The notes beneath the pieces were generated by a model. The model worked only from the letters and a program-made list of their open reading frames with translations. It ran no database searches and was not told where the DNA came from. From NCBI GenBank assembly GCA_009787115.1, contig WRGQ01000169.1, positions 1 through 43,816 of the forward strand: a DNA stretch of 43,816 nt, in the 5' to 3' direction. The position numbers and the translations under genes were made by a program. Shown one piece after another: positions 8,725-18,671 of the stretch; the first letter of the stretch is position 1, and the number at the start of each line of letters is the position of its first letter. The DNA comes from Bacteroidota bacterium. GTDB taxonomy: Bacteria > Bacteroidota > Bacteroidia > Bacteroidales > WCHB1-69.

Positions 8725-9447
8725 TTGAACCTCGTAATTGACATCGGCAACACCCTTCGGAAAATCGCTGTTTTTAACAACGATGAATGTGTGTATTGTC
8801 AATCTTTTTCCGTTATCACAAGAGATCTCCTTACCTCAATTTTAAATCAGTTCTCAATAGAAAATTCCATAATATCTTCAGTTGCCGATGTAGATGTGCA
8901 GGTAACAGAGTTTTTGAAAACCAATACGAAACTGATTCATTACACACATCAGACAAAATTGCCGGTTACACTTTTGTACCAAAGCGTTGCAACTCTGGGT
9001 TTGGACAGAATTGCCAATGCTGTGGGTGCGGCAAGTATGTTTCGCAACAGAAATGTACTCTCCATTCAAGCCGGTACCTGTTTGGTTTTCGATTTTGTGA
9101 ATGAAAAGGGAGCATATTTTGGCGGTTCTATCTCTCCCGGAATGAAAATGCGCTTTGAGGCGCTTCACGAAAAAACCAAAAAACTGCCGCTCATAAGGGA
9201 GCATGAAAAAGATATTCACTTTTTGGGAATGAACACCGAAGAATCAATTTTATCAGGAGTTATTGTTGGTATGTGCTGTGAAATTGATGGGTTAATTAAT
9301 GAATACAAAGCACAATTTAATGCGTTGGTTGTATTATTTTCGGGGGGAGATGCTGCTTTGTTGCAAAAATCAATAAAAAATACGATATTTGCCGCCCCAA
9401 ATGTAGTACTGAAAGGGTTAAATGAAATTATCAAATATAATGTGTAA
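8725..9447 (+). CDS. coaX: Type III pantothenate kinase
   Basis: 240 aa. The N-terminus MNLVIDIGNT is the CoaX phosphate-1 motif. TTG is the only plausible start. Confidence 0.9.
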   Translation: MNLVIDIGNTLRKIAVFNNDECVYCQSFSVITRDLLTSILNQFSIENSIISSVADVDVQVTEFLKTNTKLIHYTHQTKLPVTLLYQSVATLGLDRIANAVGAASMFRNRNVLSIQAGTCLVFDFVNEKGAYFGGSISPGMKMRFEALHEKTKKLPLIREHEKDIHFLGMNTEESILSGVIVGMCCEIDGLINEYKAQFNALVVLFSGGDAALLQKSIKNTIFAAPNVVLKGLNEIIKYNV

Positions 9448-10744
9448 AACACCAAAAACTTTTCCGCTTTTGCTGATTCTCATGCTGTTATCCGTTTTTG
9501 GAATTGCACAAAACGACATCAACTCGCCCTATTCCGGTTTTGGGATAGGCAATCTGTCTCCGCGAACGAATAGCATATTGAGCGCTATGGGCGGTACAGG
9601 CTACGCACTCCAAAATCCGTACTATATCAACTTTAAAAATCCGGCTTCCTACACTGCCTTCGACTCGCTTTCGTTTGTCGGCGATGTAGCGTTTAACATT
9701 ACGAATCAAAAACTAAGAACAGAGGATCAAGAATATAAGGGGGCTTTTGCCCAGTTGGATTACATTGCGATAGGGTTGCCCATTTTAAAGGTGTGGCGCA
9801 CAAGCATCGGCATTATGCCTTACAGCGATATAGGGTATGATATCCTTGATGCTTACCATAAAGATACTATTGGCAATATCACCAATAAATATAAAGGGGA
9901 AGGCGGGCTTATGCTCCTCTACTGGGGAAACGCTTTTAAAATTTGCAAAGGATTAACTTTGGGAATGAATCTGTCTTATCTTTTTGGTACTATCAACTCA
10001 TTGAGATTTGCAGAATACGAAATGCCAAACTCTTTCAATTTTGTAGTTACCAATTTCCGTTATATAGACGGCATTCAAATAACAGCAGGTATTCAATACC
10101 ATACAACCATTAAGGAAAAACACCAGTTGGGTTTTGGCGCCATTTATGAAAATGCCGCTAAAGTCTGGTCAAGAGAAAATCTGCTCGTCTTATCTTATTC
10201 CGGTACCTATTCACCCGGAGGGAGTAGTTATATGGACACCGTGAAGGCTCAAATCGGGAAAAACGCTTTGAAAAGTAACGTGAAAATGCCGCATATTGTT
10301 GGAGGAGGAATCTCTTACGGATATAAAGACAAACTATTGGTTGCAGGGGATGTTACCTGGCAAAACTGGAAAAGTTTCTATATGTCGGAAAATAATTCAA
10401 AAAGTAAAGATTCTTTGAAAAATAATCTCATCACAGCCATAGGACTGCAATATGTACCCAATGCTATGTCATCAAAATATTACAACAAAATAAATTTCAG
10501 AGTTGGAACGAGATTTTCTACAGGATACCTTATTTTAAACAATAAATCCATTACTGAATTAGCTTTTTCAGCAGGACTGGGGTTGCCTATCCGTGTATTC
10601 AATTCCCGTTCTTCTATTAATATAATGTTTGAATACAGTAGATTAGGAACACTCAAAAACGATCTGATCTTACAAAACTATTATAAATTATCTTTTAATT
10701 TCATTCTTCAAGAGAAATGGTATCAACGCAGAAAATTAGATTAA
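9422..10744 (+). CDS. Outer-membrane beta-barrel protein of unknown function (FadL/PorV-like style)
   Basis: 440 aa. Signal peptide (the start may be ATG 9440, MCKTPKTF...). SPYSGFGIGNL and MGGTGYAL motifs near the N-terminus. Alternating aromatic/Gly beta-strand pattern. Confidence 0.55.
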   Translation: MKLSNIMCKTPKTFPLLLILMLLSVFGIAQNDINSPYSGFGIGNLSPRTNSILSAMGGTGYALQNPYYINFKNPASYTAFDSLSFVGDVAFNITNQKLRTEDQEYKGAFAQLDYIAIGLPILKVWRTSIGIMPYSDIGYDILDAYHKDTIGNITNKYKGEGGLMLLYWGNAFKICKGLTLGMNLSYLFGTINSLRFAEYEMPNSFNFVVTNFRYIDGIQITAGIQYHTTIKEKHQLGFGAIYENAAKVWSRENLLVLSYSGTYSPGGSSYMDTVKAQIGKNALKSNVKMPHIVGGGISYGYKDKLLVAGDVTWQNWKSFYMSENNSKSKDSLKNNLITAIGLQYVPNAMSSKYYNKINFRVGTRFSTGYLILNNKSITELAFSAGLGLPIRVFNSRSSINIMFEYSRLGTLKNDLILQNYYKLSFNFILQEKWYQRRKLD

Positions 10745-10824
10745 TAATGCAATTTTTATATCAGATTTTCGTTATAAGTTGCCAATAAAAAAAATAATCA
10801 ACCCAAAATCTAAATCATATTGTT

Positions 10825-12285
10825 ATGAAAAAAATTATGCTTTTCGTCATTGTAACCTGTTTTACATTAGGAAGTTTTGCGCAATCAACGCCTTGTGGGT
10901 TTCAGTATGGAAAAACCGAAGCAGATTCTTTAAACTGTTTGCAAGAGGTCTCCCTGTTTAGAACCTTTTACGATCAAAAAAATTATCAAGATGCTTATCC
11001 ACATTGGAAACAAATTGTAGAAACCTGTCCGTGTTCGTGGAACGCCATTTTCAATACCACTTATCTGCAAAATATGTTTGATGCATTAATCAAATCGGCA
11101 GAAGATAATGAGGAGTTGAAAAATCAATATATTGACGATCTGTTGAATAGTGTTGGAAACCGCCACCTCTATTTTCCCAAAAACTTTACGGAAGGAAATG
11201 GCATTGGATTTAAGGCGTTTTATATGATTAAGTATAAAAATAAAACTACGGAAGATATATTGAATGCGTTTAATCTCTTTATTGAATCTATTGAAATGGA
11301 GAAAGAAAAAACCCAACCCAATATATGGGATATCTATTTCAATGTTGCCGAACAGATTGCCCGTGCCAAAAAAGATACCACCATTATGATTGATGCCTAC
11401 GAACGTGCTACAGAATATATTGAAACATCTATTAATAATTACTATAAAGAGATTGATAAACAGATTCTTAATTTTGAAAATCTGGAACAAGCCCTTGAAG
11501 CTGGGAAAATTACACCAACCGACTATGAAAATAAAAAACTGAAACTGATTCAGGATACGGCTCGCTCTATGCAGTTTATTACCAACTACCAAAAAACATT
11601 AAAGAACATTGAAAACAAATTCACTCCATTTGCTCCTTGTGGCGTGTTGGAGCAGGTATATAGCAATAAATTTGAACAAATAAAAGACGATCTCACAAAA
11701 CTTAAGAAGATGTTGATAACCCTGAACAAAGGGGGCTGTACTACATCACAGATTTTTGCCGATATGTTGAATATTGTACACAAAGCCGAGCCCAGCGCCC
11801 AAACCGCTAACCTAATGGGATATTACAGTTTAAATATAGAAGACTATGATAAAGCTCTCGAATTTTTCAGAGAAGCCGTTGAACTTTTTGAAACCAATGA
11901 ACAAAAAGTAGATCCCTTGTATATGATTGGTCTTATCAACCAACTCAAAGGAAATTATCAGGAAGCAAGAAACGCCGCTTTGCAAGTGCTGAAAATTAAA
12001 CCCAACAGTGGAAAAGCATATATCCTGATTGGAGATTTATATGCCGCCTCCGGAATTAAATGCACTAACGAAGATACTCTTCCTTTTGATTACAATTGGG
12101 CTGCCGCAGATAAATACTCACGCGCTGCCGCTGTGGACCCCTCTGTTGCCGACTTAGCCAGAGCAAAACGTACACAATTAAGAATGCCAACCGAGCAGGA
12201 AAGATTCCAGAGAGGATATACCACAATTGGGGCTGAATATAAAGTAGGATGCTGGATTCAAGAAACAACTACCGTAAGAAATTAG
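10825..12285 (+). CDS. Secreted tetratricopeptide-repeat (TPR) protein
   Basis: 486 aa. Signal peptide MKKIMLFVIVTCFTLGSFAQ. C-terminal TPR-like helices (YDKALEFFREAVEL, YQEARNAALQVLKIKPNSGKAYILIGDLYA). Confidence 0.65.
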   Translation: MKKIMLFVIVTCFTLGSFAQSTPCGFQYGKTEADSLNCLQEVSLFRTFYDQKNYQDAYPHWKQIVETCPCSWNAIFNTTYLQNMFDALIKSAEDNEELKNQYIDDLLNSVGNRHLYFPKNFTEGNGIGFKAFYMIKYKNKTTEDILNAFNLFIESIEMEKEKTQPNIWDIYFNVAEQIARAKKDTTIMIDAYERATEYIETSINNYYKEIDKQILNFENLEQALEAGKITPTDYENKKLKLIQDTARSMQFITNYQKTLKNIENKFTPFAPCGVLEQVYSNKFEQIKDDLTKLKKMLITLNKGGCTTSQIFADMLNIVHKAEPSAQTANLMGYYSLNIEDYDKALEFFREAVELFETNEQKVDPLYMIGLINQLKGNYQEARNAALQVLKIKPNSGKAYILIGDLYAASGIKCTNEDTLPFDYNWAAADKYSRAAAVDPSVADLARAKRTQLRMPTEQERFQRGYTTIGAEYKVGCWIQETTTVRN

Positions 12286-13094
12286 GTTGGATAGCCACTG
12301 GCGCCGTATGTGCAATTACTGCCACCGCTTGCCTGTCTGATACTTACAATACACAATCCATTATCGGGTTGTGTGTTGCTTTTTTATTGCTTTGTATTAT
12401 TGGACTTTCGTTCAAAACAACAACCATTCAACATTTTCGCCCGCTTATATTACTGTGTTCGCTGGTCTATTTCGGGTTTATTGCCGGTGGGTGCAACTGC
12501 ATTCTTTTCTATTTTCAAGGGTTTATACTGTTTTTAATGGGAAAGAGCGCATTTTGGCTCTCGTTTACGGTTATTATGGTCATTCTCATTCTTTCGGTTA
12601 TTTTTGGTTCAATCTGGTGTGGCTGGCTTTGCTGGCTCGGCGCCTTACAAGAGTTTATTTTCCGGCAAAATAAATGGAGACTGCTGAAAACAAAAAAAGC
12701 ACAGAAGATTTTGATATATATTCAAACTCTCCTGTTTGTATCTCTGGTAATCTGGGTGGTCATCTCCCAACGTCCCGTGCTATGTGCCTATGACCCGTTT
12801 GTTGCTATCTTTAAATTGAAAATTTTCAATTGGATGGGATATATTACCGTACCTCTATTAATCATTTCTTCCCTTTTTATTTACCGCCCCTTTTGCAGAA
12901 TCTTTTGCCCTATTGGATGGCTTTTATACATCATAAAATTTATCCCTTTTGCTGCCAAACTGAAATTAGTGGGATGTACAGACTGCCGGAAATGCCATTC
13001 TTATTGTAAAACTGATGCCATTCACGACAGGGAAGTTGAGAAAACCTGCATTCTGTGCGGAGAATGCAAAAGAGCAAATTGTAGTTTTATTTAG
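12249..13094 (+). CDS. Polytopic membrane 4Fe-4S ferredoxin-type protein (NapH/MauN-like)
   Basis: 281 aa. Several TM helices. Cys motifs CxxCxxCxxxC (CTDCRKCHSYC) and CILCGECKRANC. Overlaps the 3' end of the TPR gene by 37 nt. Confidence 0.65.
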   Translation: MLDSRNNYRKKLGWIATGAVCAITATACLSDTYNTQSIIGLCVAFLLLCIIGLSFKTTTIQHFRPLILLCSLVYFGFIAGGCNCILFYFQGFILFLMGKSAFWLSFTVIMVILILSVIFGSIWCGWLCWLGALQEFIFRQNKWRLLKTKKAQKILIYIQTLLFVSLVIWVVISQRPVLCAYDPFVAIFKLKIFNWMGYITVPLLIISSLFIYRPFCRIFCPIGWLLYIIKFIPFAAKLKLVGCTDCRKCHSYCKTDAIHDREVEKTCILCGECKRANCSFI

Positions 13095-13102
13095 TATTTT
13101 TG
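13095..13102 (+). promoter_or_regulatory. Candidate -7 box TATTTTTG upstream of the secreted protease gene
   Basis: Matches TAnnTTTG, 44 nt upstream of the ATG at 13147. Confidence 0.4.
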
Positions 13103-13146
13103 CGGACTTAAATTTCAATAAACAATATTAATTAATTTATTCAAAT

Positions 13147-15312
13147 ATGAAAAAACACGACCTTTTCTTAAAATTATTGTTTCTTTTTTTAGCAATACAT
13201 TGTTTTACTAACACTTTTGCACAAGTTAGTTTTGGAGGTATTCCACCAAGTTTTTCCTTTGAAACTGAAAATGAAATACTGAGTACTACCGAAAATCTTC
13301 CGATTATTTTTGATGTGGCAGCGATGCGTGCAGAGGATGCCGAACGTAAACTTGATAATTTACCTCCCCGCGTAGGCAAAACTATTCCGGTAAATTTCAC
13401 TACGGATAATTCCGGTGAATGGACACTACTCCCCAATGGACAGGATATTTGGAGGCTCTGCATCATTGCCGAAGACGCCATAGCAATTATGTTGACTTAC
13501 GACAAATTTGAAATCCCTGCCGGAGGAAAGTTGTTTATTTATAACGATGACCGTTCACAGGTATTGGGCGCTTATACCGAAGAAACCAACCCGAAAAGGG
13601 TTGAATTTGCTACCGAATTTGTTGTAGGCGACATTATTACACTGGAATATGTGGCGCCACCATCTACAAATTACGAATCACCCATCATTATTACCGGTGT
13701 GGTTTATGGATACAACAATTTATATTCCGGAAAATCTCATGATGGGAGTAAATCAGGAGTAAGTTTTCTATCAGATCCTTGTGAGGTAAATATAAACTGT
13801 CCTGAAGGCGACAATTGGCAAGACCAGAAGAGAGGTGTTGCGCGTATTATAATCCCTGCCGGAGGAGGTTATGTTTATTATTGTAGCGGTTCGCTGGTAA
13901 ACAATACTTCCAACAATTTTGACCCGCTTTTTTTAAGCGCTTATCACTGCTATGACGGCGCTACTCAGCAGCAGGTAAATCAATCTGTTTATTATTTTCA
14001 TTATGAATATCTTGCCTGTAATGGCGGGGGGTCAGCAACCCAAAGAACTACAACAGGCGCTACTATTTTAGTGAATATTCCTATGAACGGCGCTTCAGAC
14101 GGCACTTTATTACGCTTAAACAACGCTATTCCTTCCAATTGGAGTGTTTACTACAACGGTTGGGATAGAAGAAATATTCCTGCTACCAGCGGTGTAAGTA
14201 TTCATCATCCCGATGGGGACAGAAAGAAAATTTCAACATTTACTTCTCAACTTGTTTCTGCCGGCTCAATCAATTTCGGTAGTGGTGTCGTTACAGCGCC
14301 TAATTCAGCATGGCGCGTTACGTGGGCGCCTACCGTTACCAATCACGGCGTTACCGAAGGAGGTTCCTCCGGCTCCCCTATTTTTAATCAGAATGGACGT
14401 ATTGTCGGAACACTTTCCGGTGGCAGTTCGTTCTGTACTACTCCGTACCAGCCTGACTTCTACGGCAAACTTTGGTACCACTGGGATCAACATCCTACAT
14501 TACAGATGAAAACCTATTTAGACCCCACTAACTCCGGCGTCGAATTTATTGACGGTATATACGCTGAAGCGCCCTGTAACCCGCCAACAAACCTGACGGT
14601 TACTTATACTATTGATTGTAAAGCCGTATTAACGTGGGATGCTCCTGCCGGCACAGGCTTAACGTACAAAATTTTCAGAGACAACACCCAAATTGCATCA
14701 GATATTACAGCAACAACATACACCGATACTACTTATAACCATGCTAAAGGGCACACGTGGGCTGTGGCGACCGTATGTTCTTCAGGAGGAGAATCAAATA
14801 AGATAAGCTATAATCTACCAAACGGCTGTACTGCTGTTTATACGGTATCCGTATCGGCAAATCCGCCGGTAGGTGGTACGGTAAGCGGCGGCGGCGACTA
14901 TGATGAGAACACCAGTGTAACTGTTACCGCAGAGCCTGCCGAACATTACAAGTTTATTAACTGGACAAAAAACGGCACAGAAATATCAACAGAAAGTGTT
15001 TACACTTTTCCGGTAACCGCAAATGTTGAGTTAGTGGCAAACTTTATTGACAATACAGGCATTGATGAAAATAAATTAACCGAATACTTTACACTTCATC
15101 CAAATCCCGCAGGAAATCTATTAAATGTTATGAGAACCGATGCAGGAAATGCGCAAATAGTGATCTATAACAATATCGGTCTTATAGTACTCTCAAAAGA
15201 GATTTCCAACAAGGATACCCAAATTAATATCTCAACATTAAGTTCCGGAATCTATTTTATTAGAGTAACCGACAGCCGAAATTCCGCTACGAAATGTTTT
15301 ATGAAAGAATAA
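13147..15312 (+). CDS. Secreted trypsin-fold serine endopeptidase (lysyl/glutamyl-endopeptidase-like) with T9SS C-terminal sorting domain
   Basis: 721 aa. Signal peptide. His/Asp/Ser triad in order (SAYHCY, SDGTLLRL, EGGSSGSPIF). FN3-like segment. Listeria-Bacteroides-type repeat (YTVSVSANPPVGGTVSGGG...KFINWTKNG). Terminal T9SS CTD (LHPNPAGNLLNV...SGIYFIRV). Confidence 0.8.
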   Translation: MKKHDLFLKLLFLFLAIHCFTNTFAQVSFGGIPPSFSFETENEILSTTENLPIIFDVAAMRAEDAERKLDNLPPRVGKTIPVNFTTDNSGEWTLLPNGQDIWRLCIIAEDAIAIMLTYDKFEIPAGGKLFIYNDDRSQVLGAYTEETNPKRVEFATEFVVGDIITLEYVAPPSTNYESPIIITGVVYGYNNLYSGKSHDGSKSGVSFLSDPCEVNINCPEGDNWQDQKRGVARIIIPAGGGYVYYCSGSLVNNTSNNFDPLFLSAYHCYDGATQQQVNQSVYYFHYEYLACNGGGSATQRTTTGATILVNIPMNGASDGTLLRLNNAIPSNWSVYYNGWDRRNIPATSGVSIHHPDGDRKKISTFTSQLVSAGSINFGSGVVTAPNSAWRVTWAPTVTNHGVTEGGSSGSPIFNQNGRIVGTLSGGSSFCTTPYQPDFYGKLWYHWDQHPTLQMKTYLDPTNSGVEFIDGIYAEAPCNPPTNLTVTYTIDCKAVLTWDAPAGTGLTYKIFRDNTQIASDITATTYTDTTYNHAKGHTWAVATVCSSGGESNKISYNLPNGCTAVYTVSVSANPPVGGTVSGGGDYDENTSVTVTAEPAEHYKFINWTKNGTEISTESVYTFPVTANVELVANFIDNTGIDENKLTEYFTLHPNPAGNLLNVMRTDAGNAQIVIYNNIGLIVLSKEISNKDTQINISTLSSGIYFIRVTDSRNSATKCFMKE

Positions 15313-15380
15313 CATTGAAAGTAATGATTTAAAAGTTGCCATTTTTTATATTTTCGCCAACCAATTTTTAACTGTAGTTA

Positions 15381-17993
15381 ATGACTAATAGATGCTGTAG
15401 ATTACTTTTCTTATTAACCCTGCTAAATATATGCAGTTTATTGAGTTATGGACAGGTGCAACTCATTCCCGATGAAGAAAAACCGAGAATAGAAATAGAT
15501 TTTTTCTATCCTAAAAAGTATGAAATAGGTGGTATTACTTACACAGGCGTTGCCAATTTTGACACAAGGCTGTTGCTGTTCCAGGTGGGAGATGTCATTG
15601 AAATTCCGGGAGAACAAATCTCAAAATCTATAAAAAATATTTGGAAGTCAGGACTATATGAAGATATTGATATTACTTTGACTCGTGTGGTGGATAATCT
15701 TGCGTTTATTAATATTCAACTAACGGAACGAAACAGATTGGTTGCTTTCGGTTTTAAAGGTATTAGAAAGGGACAGGAAACCGACCTGCGCGACAAAATT
15801 AAATTGGCACAAGGTAATATAGTGAATGAAAATATGGTACAAACCTGTGTCAATGTTATCAAAAAATATTACATAGAAAAAGGATACTATAACTGCGGAG
15901 TTAAACCGGAAATAAAACCCGACGATAAAATTAACAAAGGGGTAACTATTGTTTTTGATATTGATAAGGGAAGAAAAGTAAAAATTGACCGCATTCTTGT
16001 TTCAGGGGTAAGCATACCGCAGGGAAGGCTTACCAAAGTAATGAAAGGTACGAAGGAAAGAACCCGATTTGAACCTATGTCGAAAGCAGATACTATGTTC
16101 CGGTTTATGGTTAAACACATGGATTACTATAAATCGAAAGATTTGCTTGAACATTTGGGCGACTATTTTTCCGACAGAGTGAAATTCAGAATTGCCAAAT
16201 CATCTAAATTCAATAAAGATGATTATGAAAATGATAAGGTGAGTTTGATTAACAAGATGAATGATTATGGTTTTCGAGATGCTTATATTAATTTCGATAC
16301 CGTAATTTTTGAAAACAGTTTTGCGTATGTTCTTATTGATGTGAACGAAGGAAACAAATACTATTTCAGAAATATTGATCTTGTGGGAAATACAAAATAC
16401 CCTACCAAATTGTTAAAAGAGATTCTGAATATTGAAAAAGGGGATGTTTATAATCAGTCTTTATTGGAAGAAAAATTGCAGATGGATAAAAATGGTAACG
16501 ATTTGTCTTCTCTCTATATGAATGACGGTTATCTTTTCTTCAGAGCCAATCCTGTTGAGGTAAGAGTAGAGGGAGATTCTATTGACTTGGAAATACGTAT
16601 TTTTGAAGGGAAACAGGCAACAAATAACAAAATAACCGTTTCCGGTAACACCAAAACAAGCGACAGGGTAATTCTGCGCGAATTAACAACAATACCGGGG
16701 CAATTGTTTAATCGGGAAGATTTAATCAATTCGCAACGACTGTTGCTCGGATTGGGTTATTTTAATCAGGAATCTATTAATGTAATTCCAAAACCCAATG
16801 AGACTGAAGGTATTGTAGATTTAGAGTATGTTGTGGAAGAAGCCTCTTCCGACCAGTTGGAACTTCAGGTTGGGGCAGGCGCAACAGGATTTATGCTAAC
16901 CGCCGGAATTGCATTCAATAACTTCTCATTCAAAAAAATCTTTAAAAAAGATGCGTGGAATCCTATCCCTGCCGGAGACGGTCAGAAATTAGCATTCAGA
17001 GCATCCTCAAGTCTCAATAGAACTTATGTTTATCAATATTATACTGCGTCATTTACAGAACCCTGGGTGGGAGGTAAAAGACCTAATTCTTTAACGGCAG
17101 GCATAAGTTATCAGGTGCAATCTACGGGCAACAGAAAAGATGAATTCAATTATCATTCTATGAGAATTTTCGGAGTTTCCGTAGGTTATGAAAAGAAACT
17201 TCAATGGCCCGACAACTTTTTCAGGATGATGCACACACTAATGTATCAACATTACAATGTACATAACTTTACTTCCGAATTGGCGTTTGCTACAGGAAAT
17301 TCCAATACTATCAGCTATATTTTTACTCTGGTAAGAAACTCTGTAGATGCCATTATCTATCCGCGTGCCGGCTCGGAAATTATGTTTTCGGCGCAACTTA
17401 CGCCACCCTATTCACTTTTCTCAAATAAAGACTATTCAACAGCAACTCTTCAGGAAAAATATCGCTGGATAGAACTGCATAAATGGAAATTCAATATTTC
17501 GTGGTTCACACGGATAGTGGAGAATTTGGTAGTTAATATACGCTTCAAATCAGGTTTTATGGGATGTTACAACAAAGCTATCGGAATCTCTCCTTTCGAA
17601 CGTTTTTATATGGGTGGCGACGGATTAGGAAACTATTCCTATATTTGGAGTGAAATGATTCCGATGCGCGGGTACGGCGACAAAGATTTATCTCCGCAAG
17701 ATGGAGCATCTATTTTTAATAAATTTACTGCCGAATTGCGCTACCCCATTACTTTAAACCCAAGCGCTACCATTTATCTGTTAGGTTTTGCAGAAGCAGG
17801 AAACTCCTGGATTGACAAACGCGCTTACTCACCTTTCAAATTCTATAAGTCAGCCGGTTTCGGCGTCCGTATATTCCTGCCGATGTTCGGTCTGCTCGGC
17901 TTCGACTGGGGGTACGGTTTTGATGAAGTACCCGGAAAACCGGGGGCGAATAAAAGTCACTTCCACATCTCTATTAACTCATCTATTGATTAA
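15381..17993 (+). CDS. bamA: Outer membrane protein assembly factor BamA (Omp85)
   Basis: 870 aa. Signal peptide. Repeated POTRA-like units. C-terminal Omp85 barrel (GGDGLGNY...RGYGD..., FGVRIFLPMFGLLGFDWGYGF). Confidence 0.9.
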   Translation: MTNRCCRLLFLLTLLNICSLLSYGQVQLIPDEEKPRIEIDFFYPKKYEIGGITYTGVANFDTRLLLFQVGDVIEIPGEQISKSIKNIWKSGLYEDIDITLTRVVDNLAFINIQLTERNRLVAFGFKGIRKGQETDLRDKIKLAQGNIVNENMVQTCVNVIKKYYIEKGYYNCGVKPEIKPDDKINKGVTIVFDIDKGRKVKIDRILVSGVSIPQGRLTKVMKGTKERTRFEPMSKADTMFRFMVKHMDYYKSKDLLEHLGDYFSDRVKFRIAKSSKFNKDDYENDKVSLINKMNDYGFRDAYINFDTVIFENSFAYVLIDVNEGNKYYFRNIDLVGNTKYPTKLLKEILNIEKGDVYNQSLLEEKLQMDKNGNDLSSLYMNDGYLFFRANPVEVRVEGDSIDLEIRIFEGKQATNNKITVSGNTKTSDRVILRELTTIPGQLFNREDLINSQRLLLGLGYFNQESINVIPKPNETEGIVDLEYVVEEASSDQLELQVGAGATGFMLTAGIAFNNFSFKKIFKKDAWNPIPAGDGQKLAFRASSSLNRTYVYQYYTASFTEPWVGGKRPNSLTAGISYQVQSTGNRKDEFNYHSMRIFGVSVGYEKKLQWPDNFFRMMHTLMYQHYNVHNFTSELAFATGNSNTISYIFTLVRNSVDAIIYPRAGSEIMFSAQLTPPYSLFSNKDYSTATLQEKYRWIELHKWKFNISWFTRIVENLVVNIRFKSGFMGCYNKAIGISPFERFYMGGDGLGNYSYIWSEMIPMRGYGDKDLSPQDGASIFNKFTAELRYPITLNPSATIYLLGFAEAGNSWIDKRAYSPFKFYKSAGFGVRIFLPMFGLLGFDWGYGFDEVPGKPGANKSHFHISINSSID

Positions 17994-18061
17994 CACAAAA
18001 GAATTGACATAATAATAATCATATAAAAACCACGTTACATACATTCACAAAAAATTATTTT

Positions 18062-18589
18062 ATGAAAAAGACCCTCCTATTATTCGTTTTAACCGTTAGT
18101 TTGTCGTTGACGGCATTCTCGCAAGCGCCAAAACAAGGATATGTTGACTCAGAATATATTTTGAGTAATATTCCTGAATATAAAGAAGCTCAAAAAGAGT
18201 TGGACAGATTAGCTGCCAACTGGCAAAAAGATATTGAAAAGAAATTTGCTTCTATTGATTCTATGTATAAAAAATATCAGGTAGAAGCCATTACGCTTCC
18301 GGATAACCTTAAACAAAAAAGAGAAGAATCTATCATCAAAGCCGAACAGGAAGCCAAAGATTTGCAGAAAAAACGTTTTGGCAAAGACGGAGACCTGTTT
18401 AAGAAAAGAGAAGAGTTGGTGAAACCCATTCAGGATAGAGTTTTTAACGCCATTGAAGCCATTGCCAAAGATAAAGGCTACGCTTTTGTTTTTGACGTTG
18501 CAGGCTCTATGACCATTGTCTATGCAGACCCTAAATTCGATCTGAATGATCACGTACTGCAACGACTTGGAATATCAGTAAAACAATAA
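18062..18589 (+). CDS. ompH: OmpH/Skp-family periplasmic chaperone (copy 1)
   Basis: 175 aa. Signal peptide. Charged coiled-coil core. Position immediately after bamA. Confidence 0.85.
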   Translation: MKKTLLLFVLTVSLSLTAFSQAPKQGYVDSEYILSNIPEYKEAQKELDRLAANWQKDIEKKFASIDSMYKKYQVEAITLPDNLKQKREESIIKAEQEAKDLQKKRFGKDGDLFKKREELVKPIQDRVFNAIEAIAKDKGYAFVFDVAGSMTIVYADPKFDLNDHVLQRLGISVKQ

Positions 18590-18671
18590 TTGGCGCTCCC
18601 ACAAAAGCACGCTAATCGTAAATAAATAATTAAAACACAGAAATTTATAAAACATTAAAATAGACATTATT

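Noticed and set aside
11086-11592. 168-aa ORF on the - strand
   Set aside because: It lies entirely antisense within the well-supported TPR gene. It is Ile/Phe/Asn-rich low-complexity sequence typical of shadow ORFs in AT-rich DNA.
13137-13481. 114-aa - strand ORF, and similarly the 86-aa - strand ORF at 6225-6485
   Set aside because: Both overlap the signal-peptide and N-terminal regions of strongly supported + strand genes (the protease and the TonB receptor) and cross their promoter regions.
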